NCBI RefSeq assembly: GCF_024700885.2
Contig: NZ_CP117016.1
DNA length: 64,000 nt
Reading direction: 5' to 3' (one strand)
DNA from: Escherichia coli
Lineage (GTDB): Bacteria > Pseudomonadota > Gammaproteobacteria > Enterobacterales > Enterobacteriaceae
The stretch's first letter is position 1; each line of letters starts with the position of its first letter. The position numbers and the translations under genes are program-made. Below, in pieces: positions 1-12,458 of this stretch. The notes beneath the pieces are model-generated. The model was not told the origin of the DNA. It did not search any database and saw nothing but the letters and a program-made list of their open reading frames with translations.

Positions 1-356
1 AGACGCCCGGTTTCCGCTTCCAGACCTTTGGTCGCCCACACCAGACGCGCATCAGGACGCATCAGCGGTTTAATCTGACGCAGCACTTCACCAAAGACAT
101 GGCTGGGTACGACGACGAGAATATTACGGCTGGCTGCCAGCGCAGTGGCGAGATCGCTTTCAAGATGGAGCGTATCGGGAAAAGGCACATCGGGGAGAAA
201 CGCGGCGTTACAGCGGTCGCGTTCAAGCGTTGCGATATGTTCAGGGTCATGGCCCCAGAGGACAACCTCGTGGCCATTTCTTGCCAGGGTGATGGCAAGA
301 GCGGTGCCGTACGAGCCGGCACCGATCACAGTCATTGAAGCATTACGTTGGTTCAT
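1..356 (-). CDS. gpsA: glycerol-3-phosphate dehydrogenase [NAD(P)+], N-terminal part; gene runs off window start
   Basis: Reverse complement of 301-356 translates [19 protein letters not shown], the GpsA N-terminus with its Rossmann motif; the ATG overlaps the secB stop. Absent from the ORF track because no stop lies inside the window. Confidence 0.85.
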
Positions 357-823
357 CAGGCATCCTGATGTTCTTCAGTACCTTCGCCAGCCTGCTGCTG
401 CAAATAGTTCATGAACAGCGCATCGAAGTTAACCGGCGCAAGGTTCAGTTGCGGGAATGTACCGCGGGATACCATGCTGGTGATGCACTCACGAGCATAC
501 GGGAACAGAATGTTCGGGCAGTATGCACCCAGGCAATGTGCCATCTGGGTGCCTTCGATACCCGCGATGGAGAAAATACCGCCCTGCTGAACTTCACACA
601 GGAACGCGGTTTCTTCGCCCAGGGAGGCCGTTACGGTAACACGCAGTACCACTTCGTAAACGTCATCTGCCAGTTGAGAAGATGCCGTATCCAGATCAAG
701 TTTAACTTCTGGCTGCCAATCTTTCTGGAAAACGTGCGGCGCGTTCGGCGCTTCGAAAGAAATATCCTTGGTATAAATACGTTGGATCTGGAAAGTCATT
801 TCGGTGTTGTTTTGTTCTGACAT
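356..823 (-). CDS. secB: protein-export chaperone SecB
   Basis: 155-aa ORF; full-length match to remembered SecB sequence. Confidence 0.95.
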
Positions 824-885
824 GTGTAGAAAACCCTTAAGTGTTGTCCTTAAATACTGCGCAATGTAATGCCAACGTTCACACG

Positions 886-1137
886 TTATTTCAGCAGGGG
901 ATCCAGTCCACCACGTGCATCCAATGCATACAAGTCATCACAGCCGCCAATGTGCTGTGCGTCAATAAAAATCTGGGGAACCGTGGTGCGCCCGCTGCGT
1001 TTGATCATCTCTTCACGCTTAGCGGCGTTGCCATCGATCGGCAACTCCTGAAAACTCACGCCCTTGCTGCTCAGCAGTGCTTTCGCACGATGGCAATACG
1101 GGCAGGTTTCTTTGGTATAGATTTCAACATTGGCCAT
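886..1137 (-). CDS. grxC: glutaredoxin 3
   Basis: 83-aa ORF with CPYC active-site motif; matches GrxC. Confidence 0.95.
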
Positions 1138-1278
1138 AACTTAGCTCCTGTTTTTTTACCCTGAAATTTCATGTTGCAGGGCGGCTGCAAAATGGAGTGT
1201 CCCCAGAAGCTTATAACAATAAGTCGCTGGGGGCCTAATTGCAGCTAACGGCCTGCATCATGAAAGACGACAGGTAAA

Positions 1279-1710
1279 TTATTTGCCGCGCACCAGAGGT
1301 AAGTTTTCGCCAGCCCAGCCAGCAACGCCCTCTTTCAGCACGAATACTTGCGCAAAACCAGCTTTCGTCAGCGCGTTTGCAGGCTCCTGGCACTGCATGC
1401 CAGAACCGTCTACCACGATAACCGGTTTGTCTTTGTGCTTCTCAAGCTCACCAACATTGTTGGCTTTGATTTCGCTCGGCAACAGGTTGATAGAACCTGC
1501 GATATGGCCTTTACGGAAGTCATCACGCTGACGTAAATCCACAACCACAGCGTCTTCTTTGTTGATCAGACGCGTAGCTTCACCACGAGTAATCACCTTC
1601 ACTTTCGAGGTCAGGCTCTTAAACGTAGTCACAAGAACCGCCACCAGTAACGCGATCCAGGCGATACTCAGTATGGGATGACGGCCAACAAATTGCATAA
1701 TTTCTTGCAT
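1279..1710 (-). CDS. yibN: rhodanese-domain inner membrane protein YibN
   Basis: ORF with N-terminal TM segment and rhodanese fold; start placed at MQEIMQFVG by homolog N-terminus (track ORF extends 4 codons further). Confidence 0.85.
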
Positions 1711-1954
1711 GGGGGGTAACAACTCCCGACGTAGTGATTAAAAAAACCAGGAAAGGAGTATACCTGCGCGGTGCGGCAAATACAGCCAGCGCGTTAACTG
1801 GAATGCAATTTTGCGGGGCGCGACGAAAAAAAAGCGCAAATCTGGCATCGGCTTGCTGCGAGCGGTCGTATATTTTGATCTTCAGAGGCTATTTTATCGA
1901 TTCAGCTGTAGTAAAATTACGCAAATTTTGACTCTTGAGTATGAGGTTGTCGCA

Positions 1955-3499
1955 ATGTCGGTTTCTAAAAAACCTATGGTACTGGTGATTCTGGATGGCT
2001 ATGGCTATCGTGAAGAACAGCAGGATAACGCCATTTTTAGTGCTAAAACCCCGGTAATGGATGCACTGTGGGCCAATCGTCCGCATACCCTGATCGACGC
2101 TTCCGGTCTGGAAGTCGGTCTGCCTGACCGTCAGATGGGTAACTCCGAAGTAGGCCACGTTAACCTGGGTGCCGGCCGCATCGTGTATCAGGACCTGACT
2201 CGTCTGGACGTTGAAATCAAAGATCGCGCTTTCTTCGCTAACCCGGTACTGACTGGCGCGGTAGATAAAGCGAAAAACGCAGGCAAAGCAGTTCACATTA
2301 TGGGTCTGCTGTCCGCAGGCGGCGTACACAGCCACGAAGATCACATCATGGCGATGGTAGAACTGGCCGCTGAACGCGGCGCAGAAAAAATCTACCTGCA
2401 CGCATTCCTTGACGGTCGCGACACTCCACCGCGCAGTGCCGAATCCTCGCTGAAAAAATTCGAAGAAAAATTTGCCGCACTGGGCAAAGGCCGCGTAGCG
2501 TCCATCATTGGTCGTTACTACGCCATGGACCGCGATAACCGTTGGGATCGCGTTGAAAAAGCTTATGACCTGCTAACTCTGGCGCAGGGTGAGTTCCAGG
2601 CCGATACCGCCGTTGCTGGTTTGCAGGCTGCTTATGCTCGCGACGAAAACGACGAATTCGTGAAAGCGACCGTTATCCGTGCAGAAGGTCAGCCAGACGC
2701 GGCAATGGAAGACGGCGATGCGCTGATTTTCATGAACTTCCGTGCTGACCGCGCACGTGAAATCACTCGTGCATTCGTGAACGCTGATTTCGATGGCTTC
2801 GCGCGTAAGAAAGTGGTTAACGTCGATTTCGTGATGCTGACCGAATACGCCGCTGACATCAAAACTGCGGTTGCTTACCCACCCGCTTCCCTGGTTAACA
2901 CCTTCGGCGAGTGGATGGCGAAAAACGACAAAACTCAGTTACGTATTTCCGAAACCGAAAAATATGCCCACGTTACTTTCTTCTTCAACGGTGGCGTAGA
3001 AGAGTCGTTCAAAGGCGAAGATCGCATTCTGATCAACTCACCGAAAGTGGCTACCTACGATCTGCAACCGGAAATGAGCTCCGCAGAGCTGACCGAAAAA
3101 CTGGTTGCGGCAATCAAGAGCGGCAAATACGACACCATTATCTGTAACTATCCGAACGGCGACATGGTAGGTCACACCGGGGTGATGGAAGCGGCGGTTA
3201 AAGCGGTTGAAGCGCTGGATCACTGCGTGGAAGAAGTCGCGAAAGCAGTTGAGTCCGTGGGTGGACAACTGCTGATCACCGCTGACCACGGTAACGCTGA
3301 ACAGATGCGCGATCCGGCAACGGGTCAGGCACACACGGCACACACCAACCTGCCAGTTCCGCTGATTTATGTTGGTGATAAGAACGTGAAAGCGGTTGAA
3401 GGCGGCAAACTTTCTGACATCGCGCCGACCATGTTGTCGCTGATGGGTATGGAAATCCCGCAAGAGATGACTGGTAAGCCGCTGTTCATCGTGGAATAA
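1955..3499 (+). CDS. gpmI: 2,3-bisphosphoglycerate-independent phosphoglycerate mutase
   Basis: 514-aa product starting [17 protein letters not shown]; track ORF begins upstream in frame, start chosen by homolog N-terminus. Confidence 0.95.
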   Translation: MSVSKKPMVLVILDGYGYREEQQDNAIFSAKTPVMDALWANRPHTLIDASGLEVGLPDRQMGNSEVGHVNLGAGRIVYQDLTRLDVEIKDRAFFANPVLTGAVDKAKNAGKAVHIMGLLSAGGVHSHEDHIMAMVELAAERGAEKIYLHAFLDGRDTPPRSAESSLKKFEEKFAALGKGRVASIIGRYYAMDRDNRWDRVEKAYDLLTLAQGEFQADTAVAGLQAAYARDENDEFVKATVIRAEGQPDAAMEDGDALIFMNFRADRAREITRAFVNADFDGFARKKVVNVDFVMLTEYAADIKTAVAYPPASLVNTFGEWMAKNDKTQLRISETEKYAHVTFFFNGGVEESFKGEDRILINSPKVATYDLQPEMSSAELTEKLVAAIKSGKYDTIICNYPNGDMVGHTGVMEAAVKAVEALDHCVEEVAKAVESVGGQLLITADHGNAEQMRDPATGQAHTAHTNLPVPLIYVGDKNVKAVEGGKLSDIAPTMLSLMGMEIPQEMTGKPLFIVE

Positions 3500-3532
3500 T
3501 CCCTCCCCATGAGGGGAAAGGCGATTAATACC

Positions 3533-4792
3533 ATGACACGGGCCGTGAAACCGCGCAGGTTTGCAATCAGGCCCATCATCTACGCCAGCGTTCTTAGCGC
3601 TGGCGTATTGTTGTGCGCCTTTTCCGCCCACGCGGATGAGCGTGACCAACTCAAATCTATTCAGGCAGATATCGCCGCGAAAGAGCGCGCGGTACGCCAA
3701 AAGCAACAACAACGCTCCAGCCTGCTTGCTCAGTTGAAAAAGCAGGAAGAAGCGATCTCGGAAGCCACCCGTAAGCTGCGCGAAACGCAAAACACGCTCA
3801 ATCAACTGAATAAACAGATTGATGAGATGAACGCGTCGATTGCCAAACTGGAGCAGCAAAAAGCCGCCCAGGAGCGCAGCCTCGCCGCACAACTGGATGC
3901 CGCATTCCGTCAGGGCGAGCATACCGGTATTCAGCTGATTCTCAGCGGTGAAGAAAGCCAGCGTGGACAGCGTTTACAGGCTTATTTCGGCTATCTCAAC
4001 CAGGCGCGACAAGAAACCATTGCTCAGTTGAAACAAACGCGTGAAGAAGTCGCTATGCAACGCGCCGAGCTGGAAGAGATACAGAGCGAGCAACAAACGC
4101 TGTTGTATGAGCAGCGCGCCCAACAGGCGAAGCTGACCCAGGCGCTGAACGAACGTAAAAAGACGCTGGCAGGGCTGGAGTCTTCCATCCAGCAAGGTCA
4201 GCAACAGTTGAGCGAGCTGCGCGCCAACGAATCCCGTCTGCGTAACAGCATTGCCCGTGCGGAAGCCGCGGCGAAAGCGCGTGCTGAACGAGAAGCGCGT
4301 GAGGCCCAGGCGGTTCGCGACCGCCAGAAAGAAGCGACGCGCAAAGGCACCACCTACAAACCGACCGAAAGCGAAAAATCGCTGATGTCCCGAACTGGTG
4401 GCCTGGGTGCGCCGCGTGGTCAGGCATTCTGGCCAGTTCGCGGGCCGACGCTGCATCGCTATGGCGAGCAGCTACAGGGCGAATTACGCTGGAAAGGAAT
4501 GGTTATCGGTGCCTCTGAAGGTACTGAAGTTAAAGCAATTGCCGACGGTCGGGTGATTCTGGCTGACTGGCTGCAAGGCTACGGTCTGGTGGTGGTGGTT
4601 GAGCATGGTAAAGGCGACATGAGTCTTTACGGCTATAATCAGAGCGCACTGGTGAGCGTTGGTTCGCAGATTCGCGCGGGCCAGCCGATTGCACTGGTGG
4701 GCAGCAGTGGCGGTCAGGGTCGGCCTTCACTCTATTTCGAAATTCGCCGCCAGGGTCAGGCGGTCAATCCACAGCCGTGGTTGGGAAGATAA
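3533..4792 (+). CDS. envC: murein hydrolase activator EnvC (coiled-coil plus LytM/M23 domain)
   Basis: 419-aa product from MTRAVKPRRF; signal peptide, long Q/A-rich coiled coil, C-terminal M23-like domain. Confidence 0.93.
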   Translation: MTRAVKPRRFAIRPIIYASVLSAGVLLCAFSAHADERDQLKSIQADIAAKERAVRQKQQQRSSLLAQLKKQEEAISEATRKLRETQNTLNQLNKQIDEMNASIAKLEQQKAAQERSLAAQLDAAFRQGEHTGIQLILSGEESQRGQRLQAYFGYLNQARQETIAQLKQTREEVAMQRAELEEIQSEQQTLLYEQRAQQAKLTQALNERKKTLAGLESSIQQGQQQLSELRANESRLRNSIARAEAAAKARAEREAREAQAVRDRQKEATRKGTTYKPTESEKSLMSRTGGLGAPRGQAFWPVRGPTLHRYGEQLQGELRWKGMVIGASEGTEVKAIADGRVILADWLQGYGLVVVVEHGKGDMSLYGYNQSALVSVGSQIRAGQPIALVGSSGGQGRPSLYFEIRRQGQAVNPQPWLGR

Positions 4793-4795
4793 GTT

Positions 4796-5755
4796 TTGTT
4801 TCCATTTCGTCGTAACGTTCTTGCATTTGCCGCTCTGTTGGCGCTCTCCTCCCCCGTAATTGCTGGCAAGCTTGCCATCGTCATTGATGATTTTGGGTAT
4901 CGCCCGCACAACGAAAACCAGGTGCTGGCGATGCCTTCCGCTATCTCCGTCGCTGTATTACCCGATTCACCGCACGCCAGAGAGATGGCGACCAAAGCGC
5001 ATAACAGCGGTCACGAAGTGTTGATTCATCTACCGATGGCACCACTGAGTAAACAGCCGCTGGAGAAAAATACGCTACGCCCGGAGATGAGCAGCGACGA
5101 AATTGAGCGCATTATTCGTAGTGCGGTCAATAACGTGCCCTATGCCGTGGGGATCAACAACCACATGGGCAGCAAGATGACCTCTAACCTGTTTGGTATG
5201 CAGAAAGTGATGCAGGCGCTGGAGCGTTACAATCTTTACTTCCTCGACAGCGTAACCATCGGTAATACCCAGGCGATGCGCGCAGCGCAAGGCACTGGCG
5301 TGAAGGTGATCAAACGGAAAGTGTTCCTCGACGATTCGCAAAATGAAGCGGACATCCGTGTGCAATTCAATCGCGCAATTGACCTGGCACGTCGCAACGG
5401 TTCGACCATTGCCATTGGGCATCCTCACCCTTCAACGGTACGCGTGTTACAACAGATGGTTTATAACCTGCCGCCAGACATTACGCTGGTGAAAGCCAGC
5501 AGCTTGCTGAATGAACCGCAGGTTGATACGTCTACACCGCCGAAAAACACTGTGCCCGACACACCGCGTAATCCGTTCCGTGGCGTGAAGCTCTGCAAAC
5601 CGAAGAAACCGATAGAACCTGTTTATGCTAATCGCTTCTTTGAAGTATTAAGCGAAAGCATCAGCCAGAGCACGCTGATCGTTTACTTCCAGCATCAGTG
5701 GCAAGGCTGGGGCAAACAGCCTGAAGCGGCGAAGCTTAACGCTAGCGTAAATTAA
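4796..5755 (+). CDS. yibQ: divergent polysaccharide deacetylase family protein YibQ
   Basis: 319-aa ORF with signal peptide; matches YibQ; conserved position after envC. Confidence 0.9.
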   Translation: MFPFRRNVLAFAALLALSSPVIAGKLAIVIDDFGYRPHNENQVLAMPSAISVAVLPDSPHAREMATKAHNSGHEVLIHLPMAPLSKQPLEKNTLRPEMSSDEIERIIRSAVNNVPYAVGINNHMGSKMTSNLFGMQKVMQALERYNLYFLDSVTIGNTQAMRAAQGTGVKVIKRKVFLDDSQNEADIRVQFNRAIDLARRNGSTIAIGHPHPSTVRVLQQMVYNLPPDITLVKASSLLNEPQVDTSTPPKNTVPDTPRNPFRGVKLCKPKKPIEPVYANRFFEVLSESISQSTLIVYFQHQWQGWGKQPEAAKLNASVN

Positions 5756-6776
5756 AGGCGCTACGCGTAATGCGATGGTGCGACCGCGTTTTGTCGCGCC
5801 ATTGCCATAAGCGGAAAGACCACAGTAACGCCTGATAACCCACCTTCACGCTGCGCACATTGGTAATCAGGCGCTTATACATACCGGAAGTAAATATCTC
5901 GGCAATCATCCGTTGGCGGGTAATAATATCCGGCTCTTTGCGCACCGCATGGCAAACACGCAATGCTTCGTAAGTTATTTGCTGATGAAATTCCGGATAA
6001 ATCGTAATTTTGTCGGCATAATTTCGATTTAATTTCTCTAGCAGGCGGGTAATCTTAATATAGTGACGTTGATAATTAAGGTTTTTATTCCCTTGTCTGT
6101 TCAACCGACTCACTGACGTATTATGCAGATAATATTTATATAACGATTGCTCGGTATATCGCGCACGCAGCGCGTTAAACATGAATTCTGTTGTCCAGAC
6201 AATATCCTGATGATGTAATCCGGCAATAAATTTAATGTTATTTTTTACAATAACATCGCGGCGATAAATCCCCATCCAGACAACGTGAGTCCAACGGCGG
6301 GAAGAAAGCCCCATCCGCAACCAATCCGGGCCGGTTAATACGCCGGTTGAGCGAAGGCGATCGGTGGGGATGGATTGCCAGGTTTCTCCCGTTTCACGAA
6401 AACACCAGTCAGCGTTGCACTGCGCCACGTCGAGGTCGTCCTCTAACGCCATGGTCATCAGCGTTTCGTACATGGTGGGATACACCTCATCGTCAGCATC
6501 GACAAAAGCGACATATTTGCCCGTCGCCGCCTCGATCCCACGATTACGCGCCACCGATGCGCCAGCATTCGCCTGATGCAACAAACGAACGTGCGGATAG
6601 TTTTCTGCGTAATGCTTTGCTATTTCAACAGAATTATCCGTTGAACCATCGTTAATAATAATGATTTCCAGAGCAGTCCAGGTTTGCGTAATTAAAGATT
6701 CCATACACGTGCGGAAATCATCGCCCGCATTATATAACGGGATAATAACACTAAGTTTATTGGTGCTGTTCATCAT
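5742..6776 (-). CDS. waaH: family 2 glycosyltransferase WaaH (YibD)
   Basis: 344-aa ORF with GT2 motifs (IIPLYN...DGSTD...DADD); 3' end overlaps yibQ convergently. Confidence 0.9.
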   Translation of the reverse strand: MMNSTNKLSVIIPLYNAGDDFRTCMESLITQTWTALEIIIINDGSTDNSVEIAKHYAENYPHVRLLHQANAGASVARNRGIEAATGKYVAFVDADDEVYPTMYETLMTMALEDDLDVAQCNADWCFRETGETWQSIPTDRLRSTGVLTGPDWLRMGLSSRRWTHVVWMGIYRRDVIVKNNIKFIAGLHHQDIVWTTEFMFNALRARYTEQSLYKYYLHNTSVSRLNRQGNKNLNYQRHYIKITRLLEKLNRNYADKITIYPEFHQQITYEALRVCHAVRKEPDIITRQRMIAEIFTSGMYKRLITNVRSVKVGYQALLWSFRLWQWRDKTRSHHRITRSAFNLR

Positions 6777-7014
6777 AAATTACCGACGACCTCTGAAGTT
6801 ATCCTGACGTTTTACAGGCTTTGTATTAAGAAACTATTAAGCCTGTGAGATATTATTTTTACAGGTGAGAGAGTCACTTCAGGGTAGAGAGATAATGAGA
6901 ACAGCTATATAAGAGATCAGCGCAATTACCCATTCTTTATTTTACTGACAGCATTTTACATATTTAACAGATTATCCTCAGGAAAAAGGGCTGGAATACC
7001 AGCCCTTGTTTGTG

Positions 7015-8040
7015 TTAATCCCAGCTCAGGATAACTTTCCCGGACTGGCCCGAACGCATGGCGTCAAAGCCCTTCTGGAAATCATCGATAGAGAAACGAT
7101 GGGTAATGATCGGCGAAAGATCGAGGCCAGACTGAATCAGCGCCGCCATCTTGTACCAGGTTTCAAACATCTCACGACCGTAAATACCTTTAATGAACAA
7201 TCCTTTAAAGATCACTTTGGTCCAGTCGATAGACATATCAGACGGTGGAATACCCAGCATCGCAATACGACCGCCGTGGTTCATGGTGTCGAGCATGGTA
7301 CGAAACGCTGGCGGCGCACCGGACATTTCCAGACCGACATCAAAGCCTTCGGTCATGCCCAGTTCTGCCATCACATCATTGAGGTTCTCTTTAGCGACGT
7401 TAACCGCACGGGTGATACCCATTTTACGCGCCAACTCAAGGCGGTATTCGTTAACATCAGTAATCACCACGTTACGTGCACCAACGTGTTTCGCCACCGC
7501 CGCCGCCATAATACCAATCGGGCCTGCACCAGAGACCAGCACATCCTCGCCCACCAGATCAAACGACAGCGCGGTATGCACGGCGTTACCGAAGGGATCA
7601 AAAATGGAAGCCAGATCATCGGAGATATTGTCAGGGATTTTGAAGGCGTTGAACGCCGGAATCACCAGATACTCGGCGAAGCAGCCCGGACGGTTAACAC
7701 CGACGCCGATCGTGTTGCGGCACAGATGGGTACGACCGCCACGACAGTTGCGACAGTGACCGCAGGTGATATGGCCTTCGCCAGAAACGCGATCGCCAAT
7801 CTTGAAGCCTTTCACTTCCTGACCAATACCTACCACTTCACCGACATATTCATGGCCCACGACCATCGGCACCGGGATAGTTTTTTGCGACCACTCATCC
7901 CAGTTATAGATGTGAACGTCAGTCCCGCAGATGGCTGTTTTACGGATTTTAATCAGCAGATCGTTATGCCCGAGTTCCGGTACAGGAACGTCGGTCATCC
8001 AGATGCCCTCTTCCGCTTTCAGTTTGGATAACGCTTTCAT
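7015..8040 (-). CDS. tdh: L-threonine 3-dehydrogenase
   Basis: 341-aa zinc-dependent alcohol dehydrogenase family ORF matching Tdh. Confidence 0.95.
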
Positions 8041-8049
8041 CTCACATCC

Positions 8050-9246
8050 TCAGGCGATAACGCCCAGTTGTTTACCAATACGCGTGAATGCTTCTACTGC
8101 ACGCGTAATTTGCTCAGGGGTATGCGCCGCAGACATCTGGGTACGAATACGCGCCTGACCTTTCGGAACGACCGGATAGAAGAAACCGGTGACGTAAATC
8201 CCCTCTTTTTGCAGCTCACGAGCAAATTTCTGCGCTACTACCGCATCGCCAAGCATGACCGGAATAATGGCGTGATCGGCTCCCGCCAGGGTAAAGCCCG
8301 CCGCCGACATTTGCTCACGGAACTGACGCGCGTTCGCCCACAGACGGTCACGCAGCTCGCTACCCGCTTCGACCATCTCCAGCACTTTGATGGAAGCGGC
8401 AACAATGGCCGGTGCCAGCGAGTTGGAGAACAGGTACGGACGAGAACGCTGGCGCAGCCACTCAACCACTTCTTTGCGCGCCGCGGTATAACCACCAGAA
8501 GCCCCGCCCAGCGCTTTACCAAGCGTACCGGTGATAATATCGACCCGGCCCATCACATCGCAGTATTCATGGGAACCACGACCATTTTCACCGACAAAAC
8601 CGACCGCGTGGGAGTCGTCTACCATCACCAGGGCATCGTATTTATCTGCCAGATCGCAAACGCCCTTCAGGTTGGCAATCACGCCGTCCATTGAGAACAC
8701 ACCATCGGTGGCAATCAGCACATGACGCGCACCGGCTTCACGCGCTTCTTTCAGACGTGCTTCCAGCTCCTGCATATCGTTGTTGGCATAACGATAGCGT
8801 TTAGCTTTGCACAGACGCACACCATCAATAATAGACGCGTGGTTCAGTGCGTCGGAGATAATGGCGTCTTCCGCGCCCAACAGCGTTTCGAACAGGCCAC
8901 CGTTAGCATCAAAGCAGGAAGAGTAGAGAATCGCATCTTCCATCCCCAGGAAGGCCGCCAGTTTTTGTTCAAGCTCTTTATGGCTGTCCTGAGTGCCGCA
9001 AATAAAACGCACCGAAGCCATGCCGAAACCGTGAGAATCCATTCCCGCCTTTGCCGCCGCAATCAGATCCGGATGATTCGCCAGTCCGAGATAGTTATTG
9101 GCACAAAAGTTAATGACGTGGCTTCCATCAGCCACAGTGATATCTGCTTGCTGCGCAGACGTAATAATGCGCTCTTCTTTAAACAACCCTTCCGCCCGTG
9201 CGGTTTCCAGATCGTTGGTTAACTGCTGATAAAATTCTCCACGCAT
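8050..9246 (-). CDS. kbl: 2-amino-3-ketobutyrate CoA ligase (glycine C-acetyltransferase)
   Basis: 398-aa PLP-dependent ORF matching Kbl; immediately upstream of tdh, operon arrangement. Confidence 0.95.
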   Translation of the reverse strand: MRGEFYQQLTNDLETARAEGLFKEERIITSAQQADITVADGSHVINFCANNYLGLANHPDLIAAAKAGMDSHGFGMASVRFICGTQDSHKELEQKLAAFLGMEDAILYSSCFDANGGLFETLLGAEDAIISDALNHASIIDGVRLCKAKRYRYANNDMQELEARLKEAREAGARHVLIATDGVFSMDGVIANLKGVCDLADKYDALVMVDDSHAVGFVGENGRGSHEYCDVMGRVDIITGTLGKALGGASGGYTAARKEVVEWLRQRSRPYLFSNSLAPAIVAASIKVLEMVEAGSELRDRLWANARQFREQMSAAGFTLAGADHAIIPVMLGDAVVAQKFARELQKEGIYVTGFFYPVVPKGQARIRTQMSAAHTPEQITRAVEAFTRIGKQLGVIA

Positions 9247-9459
9247 TGCGATTCTCCAGACAGGGCAAATTCCAGCACATATTACCCAAACTTATAGGTC
9301 GCGACGAGATGACGCGTTAACACTTCTGCAAAATTCAGGATAAATAACGTCCATCAATCTCACTTTTGGCGAATGGCTGAAGCCAACGCCGTGTAGTGAT
9401 ATGATAGAAGCATTCGTGTCTGAGATTGTCTCTGACTCCATAATTCGAAGGTTACAGTT

Positions 9460-10392
9460 ATGATCATCGTTACCGGCGGCGCGGGCTTTATCGGCAGCAA
9501 CATCGTTAAAGCCCTGAATGACAAAGGCATCACCGATATTCTGGTGGTGGATAACCTGAAAGACGGCACCAAGTTTGTGAACCTGGTGGATCTGGATATC
9601 GCGGACTATATGGATAAGGAAGACTTCCTGATCCAGATTATGGCTGGCGAAGAGTTCGGCGATGTCGAAGCGATTTTCCACGAAGGTGCGTGCTCTTCCA
9701 CCACCGAGTGGGACGGCAAGTATATGATGGATAACAACTATCAATACTCCAAAGAGCTGCTGCACTACTGCCTGGAGCGCGAAATCCCGTTCCTGTACGC
9801 TTCTTCTGCAGCCACTTACGGCGGTCGCACCTCCGACTTTATTGAATCCCGCGAATATGAAAAACCGTTGAATGTCTACGGTTACTCAAAATTCCTGTTT
9901 GATGAATATGTTCGCCAAATCCTGCCGGAAGCCAACTCGCAGATTGTTGGCTTCCGCTATTTCAACGTTTATGGACCGCGTGAAGGCCATAAAGGCAGCA
10001 TGGCGAGCGTCGCTTTCCATCTCAACACTCAGCTTAACAACGGTGAATCACCGAAGCTGTTCGAAGGTAGCGAGAACTTCAAACGTGACTTCGTCTATGT
10101 GGGCGACGTGGCAGATGTAAACCTGTGGTTCCTGGAAAATGGCGTTTCCGGCATCTTCAACCTCGGTACTGGTCGTGCGGAATCCTTCCAGGCGGTAGCC
10201 GATGCAACGCTTGCTTATCACAAGAAAGGCCAGATCGAATACATTCCGTTCCCGGATAAACTGAAAGGCCGCTATCAGGCGTTCACGCAGGCAGATCTGA
10301 CGAATCTGCGCGCGGCGGGTTATGACAAACCGTTCAAAACCGTTGCCGAAGGCGTAACGGAATATATGGCCTGGCTGAATCGCGACGCATAA
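9460..10392 (+). CDS. hldD: ADP-L-glycero-D-manno-heptose 6-epimerase
   Basis: 310-aa ORF, N-terminal [11 protein letters not shown]-binding motif; matches HldD/RfaD. Confidence 0.95.
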
Positions 10393-10401
10393 GAGCTCTG
10401 C

Positions 10402-11448
10402 ATGAAAATACTGGTGATCGGCCCGTCTTGGGTTGGCGACATGATGATGTCGCAAAGTCTCTATCGCACGCTCCAGGCGCGCTATCCCCAGGCGATAATC
10501 GATGTGATGGCACCGGCATGGTGCCGTCCATTATTATCGCGGATGCCGGAAGTTAACGAAGCTATCCCTATGCCTCTCGGTCACGGAGCGCTGGAAATCG
10601 GCGAACGCCGCAAACTGGGTCATAGCCTGCGTGAAAAGCGCTACGACCGCGCCTACATCTTACCCAACTCCTTCAAATCTGCATTAGTGCCTTTCTTCGC
10701 GGGTATTCCTCATCGCACCGGCTGGCGCGGCGAGATGCGCTACGGTTTACTCAACGATGTACGTGTGCTCGATAAAGAAGCCTGGCCGCTAATGGTGGAA
10801 CGCTATGTCGCGCTGGCCTATGACAAAGGCGTTATGCGCACAGCACAAGATCTGCCGCAACCATTGTTATGGCCGCAGTTGCAGGTGAGCGAAGGTGAAA
10901 AATCATATACCTGTAATCAATTTTCGCTTTCATCAGAACGTCCGATGATTGGCTTTTGCCCGGGTGCGGAGTTTGGTCCGGCAAAACGCTGGCCACACTA
11001 CCACTATGCAGAACTGGCAAAGCAACTGATTGATGAAGGTTATCAGGTGGTTCTGTTTGGCTCGGCGAAAGATCATGAAGCGGGCAATGAGATTCTTGCC
11101 GCTTTAAATACCGAGCAGCAGGCATGGTGCCGGAACCTGGCAGGGGAAACACAGCTTGATCAAGCGGTTATCCTGATTGCAGCCTGTAAAGCCATTGTCA
11201 CTAACGATTCTGGCCTGATGCACGTTGCGGCGGCGCTCAATCGTCCGCTGGTTGCCTTGTATGGTCCGAGTAGCCCGGACTTCACACCGCCGCTATCCCA
11301 TAAAGCACGCGTGATCCGCCTGATTACCGGCTATCACAAAGTGCGTAAAGGTGACGCTGCGGAGGGTTATCACCAGAGCTTGATCGACATTACTCCCCAG
11401 CGCGTACTGGAAGAACTCAACGCGCTATTGTTACAAGAGGAAACCTGA
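10402..11448 (+). CDS. waaF: LPS heptosyltransferase II
   Basis: 348-aa GT9 ORF matching WaaF. Confidence 0.93.
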   Translation: MKILVIGPSWVGDMMMSQSLYRTLQARYPQAIIDVMAPAWCRPLLSRMPEVNEAIPMPLGHGALEIGERRKLGHSLREKRYDRAYILPNSFKSALVPFFAGIPHRTGWRGEMRYGLLNDVRVLDKEAWPLMVERYVALAYDKGVMRTAQDLPQPLLWPQLQVSEGEKSYTCNQFSLSSERPMIGFCPGAEFGPAKRWPHYHYAELAKQLIDEGYQVVLFGSAKDHEAGNEILAALNTEQQAWCRNLAGETQLDQAVILIAACKAIVTNDSGLMHVAAALNRPLVALYGPSSPDFTPPLSHKARVIRLITGYHKVRKGDAAEGYHQSLIDITPQRVLEELNALLLQEET

Positions 11449-11451
11449 CGG

Positions 11452-12411
11452 ATGCGGGTTTTGATCGTTAAAACATCGTCGATGGGCGATGTTCTCCATA
11501 CGCTGCCCGCACTCACTGATGCCCAGCAGGCAATCCCAGGGATTAAGTTTGACTGGGTGGTGGAAGAAGGGTTCGCACAGATTCCTTCCTGGCACGCCGC
11601 CGTTGAGCGAGTTATTCCTGTGGCAATACGTCGCTGGCGTAAAGCCTGGTTCTCGGCCCCCATAAAAGCTGAACGGAAAGCGTTTCGTGAAGCGCTACAA
11701 GCAGAGAACTATGACGCAGTTATCGACGCTCAGGGGCTGGTAAAAAGCGCGGCGCTGGTGACGCGTCTGGCGCATGGCGTAAAGCATGGAATGGACTGGC
11801 AAACCGCTCGCGAACCTTTAGCCAGCCTGTTTTACAATCGTAAGCATCATATTGCAAAACAGCAGCACGCCGTAGAACGCACCCGCGAACTGTTTGCCAA
11901 AAGTCTGGGCTATAGCAAACCGCAAACCCAGGGCGATTATGCTATTGCACAGCATTTCTTGACGAACCTGCCTACAGATGCTGGCGAATATGCCGTATTT
12001 CTTCATGCGACGACCCGTGATGATAAACACTGGCCGGAAGAACACTGGCGAGATTTGATTGGTTTACTGGCAGATTCAGGAATACGGATTAAACTTCCGT
12101 GGGGCGCGCCGCATGAGGAAGAACGGGCGAAACGACTGGCGGAAGGATTTGCTTATGTTGAAGTATTGCCGAAGATGAGTCTGGAAGGCGTTGCCCGCGT
12201 GCTGGCTGGGGCTAAATTTGTAGTGTCGGTGGATACGGGGTTAAGCCATTTAACGGCGGCACTGGATAGACCGAATATCACGGTTTATGGACCAACCGAT
12301 CCGGGATTAATTGGCGGATATGGGAAGAATCAGGTGGTTTGTAGGGCTCCGCTAATGAATTTAAATAATTTAGAAGCAGCGGCTGTTTATAAAAAAATCA
12401 CATTAATTTAA
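11452..12411 (+). CDS. waaC: LPS heptosyltransferase I
   Basis: 319-aa GT9 ORF matching WaaC. Confidence 0.93.
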   Translation: MRVLIVKTSSMGDVLHTLPALTDAQQAIPGIKFDWVVEEGFAQIPSWHAAVERVIPVAIRRWRKAWFSAPIKAERKAFREALQAENYDAVIDAQGLVKSAALVTRLAHGVKHGMDWQTAREPLASLFYNRKHHIAKQQHAVERTRELFAKSLGYSKPQTQGDYAIAQHFLTNLPTDAGEYAVFLHATTRDDKHWPEEHWRDLIGLLADSGIRIKLPWGAPHEEERAKRLAEGFAYVEVLPKMSLEGVARVLAGAKFVVSVDTGLSHLTAALDRPNITVYGPTDPGLIGGYGKNQVVCRAPLMNLNNLEAAAVYKKITLI

Positions 12412-12416
12412 TAAAT

Positions 12417-12443
12417 AGTAAGTGGGCATTATACCCACTTACT
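12417..12443. terminator. perfect inverted repeat (agtaagtggg / cccacttact, 7-nt loop) between convergent waaC and the ligase gene
   Basis: Palindrome read directly from sequence in the 47-bp convergent intergenic gap; A/T-rich flanks on both sides. Confidence 0.5.
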
Positions 12444-12458
12444 TAGTCAACGCTTTTA

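Noticed and set aside
1811-1954. Upstream in-frame extension of gpmI to 562 aa, and similar 5' extensions of envC, coaD, coaBC, slmA, recG, gmk, yicG, yicH, yicJ and yicS in the ORF track
   Set aside because: Extensions precede the conserved homolog N-termini and in some cases run into the upstream gene; starts were trimmed to the Met matching the family N-terminus.
3038-3922. 294-aa minus-strand ORF overlapping the gpmI 3' end and envC 5' end
   Set aside because: Antisense to two well-supported genes; Arg/Leu/Gln-rich composition typical of mirror ORFs in GC-rich coding DNA.
7006-8031. 341-aa plus-strand ORF exactly mirroring tdh
   Set aside because: Antisense shadow of tdh; product has no recognisable motifs and is His/Arg-rich.
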